Source: Candidatus Saccharimonadota bacterium
Lineage (GTDB): Bacteria; Patescibacteriota; Gracilibacteria; BD1-5; UBA6164
Assembly: GCA_965229705.1 (NCBI GenBank)
Contig: OZ245922.1
Location: 810,001 to 842,000, forward strand
Direction: 5' to 3'
Length of the DNA: 32,000 bases
In this document: one piece after another, positions 1 through 10,700 of the stretch
How the letters are laid out: every line of letters starts with the position of its first letter
Numbering within the stretch: the first letter of the stretch is position 1
Made by a program: the position numbers and the translations under genes
Notes under the pieces: generated by a model
What the model was told of the DNA's origin: nothing
The model's input: only the letters and a program-made list of their open reading frames with translations
Database searches by the model: none

Positions 1-1
1 A

Positions 2-1384
2 TGATCAGAGACCAGCATCGAAACTGCTGAAAATCTCACTATATCACCCGAAGTCATTCCACCTCATATACAATGATTTTATAATACTGGACTGCGAACT
101 ATTCTCTTTCTTGGTGGGTATGAGTGAGGAAATGTTGGTGAGAGTGAAACATTTTTAAAAAATTATTTTTATACTGAAAATCTCGCTCTTACAGACATGT
201 CAGCTCTCGAAGTCTCTGAAAGTCAAAACGAAACAACTCAAGAGGTATGAGAAAGTATGTATGAAGCATTTGAGCATCAAAGGGTTCGTGATATTCTTTC
301 TGTGAGTCTTTCATCTGAAAACCTCAAAAATATTATCAAACCTGCAGGAATGACAAATACCATACTTGCATCTAAAATGTGAATCGATACAGAGTCTGGT
401 ATACAACGTTTAGAAGAAATATATGAAATATCACAAAAAAACGGTTTTGACTACCGAGAGCTCCCTATTCATGAAATATCTCTTTTATATGCTTTTTCGG
501 CGCTTTGACCTGCTGCAGGGCTCAGTGAGACTCTCGCATGATGGGTATGAAACAGCGAATCATCTATAAATGAAGATGAGATTATCACGGCTCTTGCTAA
601 TAGTACCTACATAGACAACGACTTGAGCCGAGCTTTTTTAGAAACTGAAATAGCTCAAGGATGAAGATGACTTCTTGAATCCAGTGAAGATGCAAGAGTC
701 AAAGAACTTCTGATAGAGTATTTACAGCAAGAACAACTCAGTCAAGATCACCCAGCATTTCAGCAGATAGAGGAACTGATTTCATATAAAGATTTTGTAT
801 TAGAAGATCTGATAGAACAAGATATTTTTCAGCTCAATGAAGAAGAAAAAACTGCTATAAAGCAAGGTCTCAATTATGGGAAAATCACACTTCTCTATGA
901 GTCTCTTCATGGAAAAAAAGAAGTATGAGATGCGCAAATATTTAGTATCATTGCTCTTTTTGCCTCTATTTTACGATCACAAATAAATAATGAGGCAGCA
1001 ACAGAGTATTTTTGAAGATTTAGCAATATTAACTCTGCGTCAAATGTATTTACTGATAACCAGATACAGCTCATCTCCGCATATACAGAGTCTGTAAGTT
1101 TAGAGGCTTGGTCTCTACTTATCGATCAGGCTTTTGGGTGAGCGCGCATGATAAATGGCTATGTACAATGAGCAACGGGAGTTGACTCTACTATTGTTGG
1201 TGCTGGTTTAATGGGTAGTGCTGTTGCCTTATGAAGCGCGACAACAACGAGAAATTTTCAATGACAATTAGTTCCTAGGGCGTGAATATTGCCATCCGCC
1301 ATTCGAACAATAGCGCGTAAGGCATGATGAGTATGACTCGTACTTATAGGCCTTGATGCAATCACATACGCATCAGAGGAATAA
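2..1384 (+). CDS. hypothetical protein, 5'-truncated at the window edge, about 460 codons visible, Gly-rich hydrophobic C-terminus
   Basis: With TGA read as Gly, frame 2 has no TAA/TAG from nt 2 to the TAA at 1382-1384. It carries about 20 in-frame TGA. I recognise no family by eye. The last ~90 aa are Gly/Ala/Val/Ile-rich (..TIVGAGLMGSAVALG..LVLIGLDAI..). Confidence 0.55.
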
Positions 1385-1389
1385 ACAAA

Positions 1390-1474
1390 CTTTCAGGAAG
1401 CTCTGAGAAAGTCCTTTTTTCTCTCCTTTTACAAATGAGAGATGGCTCGATAGAGCCAGAGAGGATTAGAAAAT
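1390..1474 (+). repeat. MITE-like structured repeat, copy 1 (right terminal inverted repeat missing)
   Basis: ctttcaggaagctctgagaaag..ctctccttttacaaatgagagatggctcgatagagccagagaggattagaaaat aligns with the copies at 7543, 12218, 17598 (reverse orientation) and 20403. It starts 5 nt after the stop of the upstream gene. Confidence 0.8.
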
Positions 1475-1541
1475 CTACGAATACTATTGAGATAATTTTA
1501 AAGCAGTATACTATAATTATCTTTACTCACTCTCACTATAC

Positions 1542-2633
1542 ATGCACCTCTCAAACTTTGACTACCATCTCCCACCCGAACTCATAGCCCAATCAGCAGC
1601 TGAACCCCGAGACAGTTCACGACTCCTCTGTCTTGAGAGAACATCTTGAGAGATACAAGATGCTATTTTTTCTGATATTGCGGATAAACTCTCTGAAAAT
1701 GATGTCCTCGTAGTCAACGAAACTCGCGTCATCAAAGCTCGCCTAAAATGAAAAATATGATGAACAGGAAAAGATTGTGAAGTATTTCTCCATAAACAAA
1801 TCTCTGATAACTCCTGGGACTGTCTTGTGTATCCCGGAAAAAAACTCAAACCAGGAACGCAAGTAATTTTTCCTTTTTCGAGACTCACTCCCTCCAATTC
1901 CACCTTATGAAGTAGGGAAGAAATCATCAGCGAACAGGATGGATTTACTGCGAAAATAGAAAGTGTATCTGAAAAATGAAGAATCGTTTCCTTCTCCAAA
2001 TCATGAACAGATTTCTTTGATACTGTGGAAGAAATGGGAGAAGTTCCACTTCCTCCCTATATCCAAAACTCTTGATCTCCTGGAGAACGCTACCAAACAG
2101 TCTATCATGACAAGACAAAATCCTGAAGTGTTGCCGCGCCAACCGCAGGACTTCACTTTACCAAAAACCTTTTGGAAAAACTCAAAAAAAAATGAGTCAA
2201 AATAGAAAACGTCTGTCTACATGTATGACTCGGAACCTTTGCAAATGTAGAAGTCGAAAATATCCACGAACACCATATGCACTCTGAACAAGCATATATT
2301 GAAAAAGACGTTGCTCAAAGACTCAATCAGTACAAGCAACAATGACAACGCATCGTTGCCGTTGGAACGACTTCCGTGCGTACGCTCGAGAGTTTTGCTA
2401 ATGCAGACGGATATCTTGAATATGGACAAAAAGAGACAGATATATTTATTTATCCTGGTTATGAGTGGAAATTTGTTCAGAGTATTATCACGAATTTTCA
2501 TCTTCCCAAATCGACACTCCTAATGCTCGTATCAAGTTTTGCTGGAGACGAGAATAGAAAAAGAGCCTACAAACATGCCGTAGACTCAGAGTATAGATTT
2601 TTTAGTTTTGGTGATGCGATGTGGATATATTAA
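1542..2633 (+). CDS. queA: S-adenosylmethionine:tRNA ribosyltransferase-isomerase
   Basis: One frame is open under code 25 with 12 in-frame TGA. The translation shows QueA hallmarks: [17 protein letters not shown].., [55 protein letters not shown], and [10 protein letters not shown] at the end. Stop is TAA at 2631-2633. Confidence 0.92.
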
Positions 2634-3167
2634 CTATACTGCTCACTCACTCGTATCATTTCCCGCAAGAGTGAAACGCTTTTCTTTATATCTATCTGCC
2701 AGATTATTGAGATGACGAGACTTTTCCATAGGATGAGGAGAAAAAGTCATATCAAAATTATTTGTTGAACCCGCTGTTTCAATAGTAATTGTTCCATAAT
2801 CAAAAATATTTGCCAATATCCCCTTTGTCTCCACTCCCACCTCCTGTATCTTATCGAGGGTACATTCTCCGACTGTCCTATTGAGAAAAGATTTTTGCTC
2901 GACACATACCACACGATTATTAGTAACCACTATCAGATCAAGCTCATGATTGAGCCAATTGATATACAAAAACATCGAATAATACATCCAAAATATCACA
3001 TTGAGAAGCACGATAGGCGTAGTAAAACCAAAAATCCAAAGCAGAAACATACTCATCATCAAACCTCACAGAGCATATACTCCTAACATTACAAAGACAA
3101 TCCAATGCCGTCTGAGAACGGTATCAACTGTTTCTCCTGTTCGGAGATTTCGAAGTTTTACTGCCAT
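2634..3167 (-). CDS. membrane protein with bacterial PH domain (YdbS/YdbT-like, bPH_2/DUF304 type)
   Basis: Start is ATG at 3165-3167. N-terminus is MAVKLRNLRTGETVDTVLRRHWIVF.., followed by two hydrophobic helices. Then ..VVTNNRVVCVEQKSFLNRTV..ITIETAGS.., typical of bacterial PH-domain proteins. The track ORF 2643..3062 extends through TGA on both sides. True stop is TAG at 2634-2636, directly abutting the queA stop. Confidence 0.65.
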
Positions 3168-3177
3168 AAAAATGCGC

Positions 3178-3750
3178 TTAGTGAATATTTGGTTTTTTTA
3201 TATAGAGAGGACTGAGTCTCTTATCCTGTTTTGATTGAGCATTTCGCATATAATATTGAGCATCAATCTTACGGTGAAGAGTATATTTCTTTGTCCACCT
3301 CTCAACATCTATATCTCAAAAAATATCTTTCTCCTGAAAGTTTTGTTCAAAAACATCATTCTGCACTATCTCTATAGTATTATTTTTTCCATATTTTACA
3401 AATAAGTCTCGCTTTGAACTCGATTTTACGATCGGATACTCATCAAAAAGATCAAAGAAATTTACCGGTGTCAAAAAGATATTTGGGTATATATAAGCAA
3501 GAGTATTCACGATGAGAGAGACGGTTCGCACTCAGGTAAAACTCCCCGGTCACACCACACAAAAGATATTTTCTATCTGTTCATAGGAAACATTATTTTG
3601 AGAAAGAAACTGATGAATGATAGGTAAGAGCTGGCTACTCTCGTTTCCGAGAACAGCAAAAGTCTCCTCGCTTAACATATCTCGACTCGACGCGTCATAG
3701 AGTCATATATAGCCCTGAGAAGCAACTCCCTGTAAAAAAATATAATACAT
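3178..3750 (-). CDS. tsaB: tRNA threonylcarbamoyladenosine biosynthesis protein TsaB (YeaZ family)
   Basis: Translation is MYYIFLQGVASQGYIGLYD..VVGPGSFTGVRTVSLIVNTLAY... The GPGSFTG motif has two of its Gly encoded by TGA (3550-3552 and 3532-3534). The ORF continues through TGA at 3316-3318 to TAA at 3178-3180. Confidence 0.75.
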
Positions 3751-3830
3751 CTTGCGATATCAAAAATCTATACTAGTATGCTTGTGAAAATTATATATAT
3801 ATTCTCACAGAAACATACTTCTTTTTTCTT

Positions 3831-6800
3831 ATGATTTCTCTTTGACTTGGCGTGCATTATACACATACGGGAAAATATCTTTCTCATTTGATGCTCTTAA
3901 AAGACCAGCGACATGGAAATATCCTACATGTTGTTGCTGATACCAAAGAACAAAAAAAATACGTCGCTCTCGCTGCCGACCTCAACATCGACTATATTCC
4001 TCTCCAGAGATATTCTGAGCTGCTTTCACTACATCACGGTACTGATAAAAATTGTATTTTTTCTCTTGAGATAGATTTCTTACAAAAATATGTTGATTCT
4101 AAAAATCTCGAAAACTCTCTACATATAAGTCTTTGAGACGAACAAGATCCACAAATATATATAGAAACACTTCTCACGCTTGGTTATGAGTTTCATGAAT
4201 ACGGAAAAGCATGCTCCTATAGGAAAATATGAGACCACATACGCATTATCCATGCTGATGGTCAGGAAAGCGAAATACATTTTTGGGGAAATACGGTTGA
4301 GAGTCTCTCTCATCATGGTAGCAGTGTTAGCGAGATATCGATATCTTCTTGTTTGTATCTCGATTTTTGTGAGAAAGGTATTTCACTCTTTGAATACATA
4401 CACAGCCATAATATCGTCTTTGTCTTGGACTCACTACAGTTTCACGAATCTTACAATGACTCTTGTCAGGCAGATCACTGTATCAGTTTTGATATTCTCT
4501 CTTCACCCAAATACGCATCTCAAAAACTTGATATTGCATGAATCTCTTGTAATTCTCTGGAAGAGCTGAAAAGTATTCTCTCACACAAAAAACCCAGCGT
4601 CATCTACACTCGTCTCGGAAAAACACTCAGCTCGTTTCTCGAAAACAACAATTTTCAGCATATTCCTATTTTTCATATTCACTCAGGAGTTGCAGAGAGT
4701 TTTGCTACAGAGTTTCAGAACTATATTTGTGATGATATACTAGCTCGCATCTTCGTCAAAAAACGCAGTAAGAAAAAACTCTCTTGAGATATTGATCTCT
4801 TACTCAAAATCCAAAAAGGTGACTACATTGTCCATATTGATCATGGTATTGGCGTGTTTGTCTGAATCACGCAAAGAGACCTCTCTGGAATAAAAAAAGA
4901 CTATCTCGAGCTCTCCTACAAAAACGAGGATAAGCTCTTTGTTCCGATTCATGAGGTGGGTCGGGTCACCAAATATGTGGGAAATGAACATCCCACTCTT
5001 AGTCCTCTTTCATGAAAAATATGGGAACGAAAAATGCAAAAAGTACATGAAGATATTCAGTATATTGCTCAAAATATTCTCGAAAATTTTGCAGAAAGAA
5101 AGATCAGAAAAGGAGCTGCCTGTATATATAATAGTGAGAAAATACACGCGTTTCAGTCTCTCTTTCCCTATAAATACACGCTCGATCAAGAACAATGTAT
5201 CTGAGAAGTATTTCAGAATATGCAGAGTGAAAATAATATGGACAGGTTATTGGTAGGTGATGTAGGGTTTTGAAAAACAGAGATCGCATTCAACGCGGCA
5301 TATCTCGCGATGGAAAACCATAAACAAGTATTTTTTCTCTCTCCTCTCGTCGTTCTTGCTCACGAACACTATGAAAAAGCTCTTGAGAGATTTGAGGGTT
5401 CAGGCTATAAAATAGCTCTTTTGACTCGTTTGCAGTCTCACAGAGAATGTTCTGAAATCATCAAAGATCTCGAAGAGGGAAATATACACATGTTGATTGG
5501 TACGCATCGTCTCTTATCTGAGAAAATACGCATGAAGAATCTTGGCTTGTTAATCGTCGATGAAGAACATAAATTTGGAGTCTGAGATAAAGAGAAGATC
5601 AAGTCTATAAAATCCGAGATAGATATCCTCTCACTATCAGCGACTCCTATACCTCGCAGTCTCCATCTCGCACTCTCTGGAGTGAGAGATATCTCACTGC
5701 TTAAGACTCCTCCAAGTGGCAGAAAGAGTATTGAGACGAGTGTCCTCGAGTACAATGAGCAGGTTATTTTTGAGGCAGGGAAGAGAGAGTTTGCGAGATG
5801 AGGACAGATATTTTTTGTCCATAATCGTGTCCAAAATATAGAAGTAATACAAAAACGTTTGGAATCTATTTTTCCAAAAAAATCAATTGTCATCACGCAC
5901 GGGCAACTCCCAGGAGAAGAACTTGAGATGAGAATACTCGATTTTAAAGAGCAAAAGTATGATATACTCTTATCAACAACGGTCATCGAAAATGGAATAG
6001 ACTTTCCCAATGTGAATACTATTTTTATTCATGAGTGTGAACGGTTTTGAATCTCACAAATTCATCAGCTTCGTTGAAGGGTATGACGATCTGACAGACA
6101 GGGATACTGTTACATGCTCTATAAAAACAATGCTCTCGATATTGATGCAGGAAAGAGGTTGCAAACACTGGTTGATTATAGTTATCTTTGAGCAGGGTTT
6201 GAGCTGGCAATGAAAGATTTAGAAGTTCGTTGAGGAGGAGATATACTCTGAATTCGTCAGAGTGGAAAAGCTCAAGAAATAGGTATTTCTCTCTTTTTAA
6301 AAATGCTTGAGGAAAAGATCGAAGAACTCCAACAGAAAAAAAGTACTCCCCAAAATACTCCAAAAACTCCGCTCGTATCTCTGCAAAAGGTTCGTATTTT
6401 ACTGGATATTGAGACGCTATGAGGAGCTGATGTGTTTTACTCGGATACTGATAAACTTCAATTTTACAGAGAACTCGAGCTGATATCTACAAAAGAAGAT
6501 ATTGACTACCTGGAGCTCAAAACCATCTGAGAATCAGAAAATTGATCAGAGTCGAGTTCTCTCAAAAATATTTTTCGTCTCCTGCGTCTCAAGTACGATG
6601 TTTCACTTTTTCATATCCTGCAAATCAAAAAGGTATGAGACTCTTATCAAATAGATTTTCATCCTGAGAGTACTCTGGAGGACCTCAGAGACTTTCTCAT
6701 GCATGATACACAGACATATTTTCGTGTTATCACTCCTCATCGTATACGAGCATGCAAGAAAGACTTTGCAAATGACCAATTATTTATAGAATACTTGTCG

Positions 6801-6842
6801 TCTTTTTCGAGAAGACCAAGTAGGTGTTCGACCCGGGAGTAA
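3831..6842 (+). CDS. mfd: transcription-repair coupling factor
   Basis: A single frame of about 1000 codons is open under code 25. Motifs seen: DYIVHIDHGIGVF, KLFVPIHEVGRVTKYVG, MDRLLVGDVGFGKTEIA (Walker A Gly is TGA at 5271-5273), DEEHKFGV, LSLSATPIPRSL, and a C-terminal TRG/D7-like region. ATG 3831 is the first ATG after an in-frame TAG. Stop is TAA at 6840-6842. Confidence 0.92.
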
Positions 6843-6885
6843 CATGCTACCATATTATTTTTCCCGGAAAGTGAAACATTTGTAC

Positions 6886-7461
6886 ATGAAAAACATACAT
6901 ATTATTCTGTGTCTTCTCTGCATCGCTGCTCTGACGAGTTGTAGTAGTGTAGATACAAAGACATGAGCAGAAAATCTTTCTGCGTGAGTTTCAGAAAACA
7001 ATATATCTCCTAATACAACACAAACTATGGCAAAAGAAGTAGTCAGTAGTGGCGACCAAGTAGAGGTTCATTATGTGGGAACACTGGAAAATGGTGAAGT
7101 ATTTGATAGTTCTCGAGACAGAGGACAAACACTTGGGTTTACTGTAGGAGCAGGTCAAATGATCTCTGGTTTTGATGCTGGAGTTGTGGGGATGAAGCTC
7201 TGAGAAACAAAGACGCTCACACTGAGTCCAAGTGAGGCGTATGGTGAGCGTGCTGATACAGCTCAGCAAACCGTCCCAAAAGCAGATCTTGCGAGTTTTA
7301 CTGCTGCAGGGTTTACTCTGGAGGTATGAGAGGAGCTTCCAACGCAGATGGGAAATTTCCCTATTATTGCTGCTGATGAAGAAACAATAACACTTGATAT
7401 GAATCATCCTCTTGCAGGAAAAACACTGATATTTGAGGTAGAGATTATAAAAATTCAATAA
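6886..7461 (+). CDS. SlyD-like FKBP-type peptidyl-prolyl cis-trans isomerase, predicted lipoprotein
   Basis: The N-terminus MKNIHIILCLLCIAALTSC has a lipobox-like signal. It is followed by VEVHYVGTLENGEVFDSS..GFTVGAGQMISGFDAGVVGMKLGE..DMNHPLAGKTLIFEVEI, an FKBP fold with an insert-in-flap segment. Stop is TAA at 7459-7461. Confidence 0.85.
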
Positions 7462-7491
7462 CTCAAATATCTTCTCTCTGGTTCAGATATA

Positions 7492-7519
7492 CCCCCTCTC
7501 ATTAGCTAGAGGGGGTTTT
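7492..7519 (+). terminator. rho-independent terminator after the FKBP gene
   Basis: The stem is ccccctct (7492-7499) paired with agaggggg (7508-7515). It has an 8-nt loop and is followed by tttt. Confidence 0.8.
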
Positions 7520-7542
7520 CTATTGTGTAGAGTATAGCTATT

Positions 7543-7652
7543 TTGAAGAAGACTCTGAGAAACTCATTCTTTCTCTCCTTTTACAAAAGAGAGATGGCTC
7601 GATAGAGAGAGAGAGGATTAGAAATTTTTTGTTTTTCAGAGCTTCCTGAAAG
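7543..7652 (+). repeat. MITE-like structured repeat, copy 2 (complete)
   Basis: Left end is ttgaagaagactctgagaaa. Right end is tttttcagagcttcctgaaag, which is its inverted complement type. The conserved core is ctctccttttacaaaagagagatggctcgatagag..agagaggattagaaatttt. It lies between two convergent terminators. Confidence 0.85.
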
Positions 7653-7686
7653 TAGGATATATACCCCGGGGTTGAATTCAAGACAC

Positions 7687-7725
7687 AAAAAAATACCCTT
7701 ATGAAAAATCATAAGGGTATTTTTT
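7687..7725. terminator. bidirectional rho-independent terminator (ends the S-layer gene)
   Basis: A 12-bp perfect stem pairs atacccttatga (7693-7704) with tcataagggtat (7709-7720), with a 4-nt loop. It is flanked by an A-run on the left and ttttt on the right, so it works on both strands. Confidence 0.85.
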
Positions 7726-7751
7726 ATGTGAAAGGAAGAGTATCCTAAAGA

Positions 7752-10700
7752 CTAGTCTTTATAATATTCTCCAAAATCGATAACATTCTCATTTGTTGAA
7801 GTGAATTCTTCACCAGTATCCACTGAACCATTACCATTCATATCAACAAAGAATGTAAATCCATTCTTTTTCACTCGTAACTCTTCATCAACTGCACCTA
7901 CCTTAAAGGTAAAAGAGTCACTGTTATTTATTTTTGCAAGAGCAAGATTAGCTGTAGTACTAATATCTACTGTTATGATATTATCACCCGTATCTGTAGT
8001 AGTTGTTACTGTATCATCATCATCGTTTCTTACATCCACAGAAGCTGTAAGTGCCTCTGCTGATACACTTGAGAGATATAGGTCATCGTCATCAAGTTCG
8101 TTTGATCCGAAGTTAACAGAGAATCTCGCTGTTGCATATTCATCATTTTCTCCGAGACTATCTGTGTTAGATACCGTAACGATAACTGGAACAATTTTGA
8201 TGGTTTCACTTGTTGTAGCAGCAACCGTAAGATTGTTATCTGCTGAGCTATAAGTGTCATCAGAGTCTGCTCCCTCTACATCAAGAGTTGCATCATCAAT
8301 AGAGATAGTAACATCTCCGAGTTGAGCTGTTACCTCATCTCCCTCAGTTGTATACTTTGCAAGATCTGCAACAAGGTTTGCCTCAATGAGATCGTCATCA
8401 TCAGAAACTGTGAAGTCTTCAAACTTGATCACTGTATTGTTTCCATCATATGTTACTACTCCTCCACTTGCGAGAGTTTTAGAACCACTCATGATTTTTA
8501 CATCACTGAAAGTATCAGAGAAATCTTCTCCACCAGATGATGTAACAATAGCGTTTGAGATAGTAAAATCAACACCTGCCTCAGCAGCAGTAATTTCGAT
8601 AACTCTTCATGATACTGTTGCAGTAGTAATACTATCAACAGCAGCAATAGCAGTAGCAAAAGCTGCAAGAGTTGTGTCATTATCTGTATCAAATGCTTGA
8701 GTGATACGAGTATCATCAATAGTCGCAGCTATTGTATGACCGTCTACAAGATCAGCATCAGTTGTAATAGTTTTTACTGCAGCAACTGTACCGCTAGCAT
8801 CAACTCCTGCTTGATTTGGAGTAACAGTACTTACTTCAATAGAAGATTCTTGACTTCCATTAAATGTTGGATTATTAAGAGTGAATCCTGTACCTTCTAC
8901 AGCAGCTGTTACCGTAATCTCTTCACCATCAACCTCTGCAGTAGCGATTCCAGCTTCACTCGCTATAGCTGTAGCAAAGTTTTCAAGACTTGATCCTGAA
9001 ACAGCATTTCCATCTACATCTATACCAAGTGTTCCTCCACTATGGAGATTGCTTGGAACAGTGATTTGCATTACTTGAGTTTGCCCCGCAGCTTCAGAAA
9101 CATTTTCAGTTGTTGTAGCAACTGTAACATTTACTGTACCTGCTGAAGCTCCACTTGGGATATTAAACTTGAGTGTTTTTACATCAGCATCTTCGTATTC
9201 TGCTTCCATCTCAAGTTGTGCAAGCACTACTGAGTTAGAACCTGCGAGAACAGTTGTTTCGAGGTCATCATCTGTATCATCTGCACCAAGAAGTTCTATA
9301 CTAAATTTTCCGTTTCCTCTAAGAGTTGTTGTAGTATTTTTTCCTCCAGAGATGTTATCAGTACTTACTGCTTCTCCATCAGAGTCTTCAAGAGTGATGT
9401 TTGATGAGATAAGTTGCATAATGAGAGTCTCGTTATCTCCAACACTATCATCATCTTGGAGTACTGCTGTTACGAGTAACTCTACATTATCAGATCCTGC
9501 AGCAACTACATGGTTGATAGAAGTAAAGTCTACAGAGTCTGCATCAATATCAGCGTCATATGTTTTTCCACCAATATTGAGTGTTGCAGAGTCAATCACA
9601 TCATCAAGGTCTACAGAAATAGTTGCGTCACCACTTTCAGTAAGGCTGAAGTCTTCGATAGTGACACTATCAGAGTCTCCTGTAGAAACTTTACCCTTAT
9701 AAAGCACTGTTTCCACACCATTTCCAAGAACAAGCTCTCTATCGTTGATAGATGTTTGAGAAAGCTCAAAAGAAGCTGTTTGTACATCTATAGATACATC
9801 ATCAAATGAATTTGTAGAAAGGATATCATCTACATCATTTGTTCCTCCGTCTGAGTAAGTGATGTTATTTTCATCATCTTCGATTTCAGTTACCTTTACT
9901 TGAAAAGTTACTGTTTTTCCATTGAGATCAACATCATTTACAACATCAAACTCAAGAGGAAGGACTTTTGTCACTCATTTTGCAAGAGCGATGTCCTCAA
10001 ATACATAGTCTGATCCGTCATTAGAGTCAAATGACTGACCACCAAGATGAAGGTCATCAACAGCATCAGTACCAGCAGTACCTCCAACTGTAACGGTAAT
10101 CTTTGTTACTTCATAGTCATTTGAGTTTGCTGTAAGTTCTAATGTTCCTACAAGTACATCACTCACGTCTACTTTTGTATCATCAATATCTGAGTGGTCA
10201 AATACTGCGTCGATTTCAGCTCCTTCAATAGTTTCAGGATCAGCAACATCAGCGTCTTCAGGAGAGTTACCATCAGTAAATCCAACATTAAATCCTGTAG
10301 AAAGACCTGTAGCATATACATCATCTATTCCTTCAAACTCAAAGTGAACATCTTCAGTAACATCACCAGAGATAACACCGTGAAGCTCAAACTCAACATC
10401 TTCGTCAGCTTCAAGTACATAGTCAATATTCATTACGAGTTCATCGTCAGAGTTGACCATCATACCTCTTTTAATAGTTTTTCCATCAGCTAAAAGAACA
10501 AGGTCTTCTATGTATTCAGCATCTACTGAACCATTTTGATGAAGAGTAATAGATCGGACAAGAACATCCTCATTATCATTTTTCTCTTCTATAGAGAACC
10601 CTGCAAGTTTTACTTCTTCTCCTATAGTAACAGTATCAGAAGCAGTGTCTGCATCTATTTCAAGTTTTGCAGAGTTAGCAACTTCTGTAGGAGTAAGAGC

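Noticed and set aside
1562-1999. 145-aa minus-strand ORF.
   Set aside because: It is antisense to the N-terminal half of queA.
2184-2192. A9 homopolymer inside queA as a possible frameshift or phase-variation site (it initially made the gene look frameshifted).
   Set aside because: Recounting shows the frame is continuous (CTC AAA AAA AAA TGA GTC = L-K-K-K-G-V). A-runs encoding Lys are common in this AT-rich genome.
2631-2636. Convergent queA and PH-domain genes whose stop codons directly abut, with no terminator between them.
   Set aside because: It is real in the sequence but unremarkable for a compact genome. No further signal was found.
5438-6010. 190-aa minus-strand ORF.
   Set aside because: It is antisense to the helicase core of mfd, where the plus frame carries DEEH and SAT motifs.
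6991-7458. 155-aa minus-strand ORF.
   Set aside because: It is antisense to the FKBP isomerase gene and is Cys-rich nonsense.
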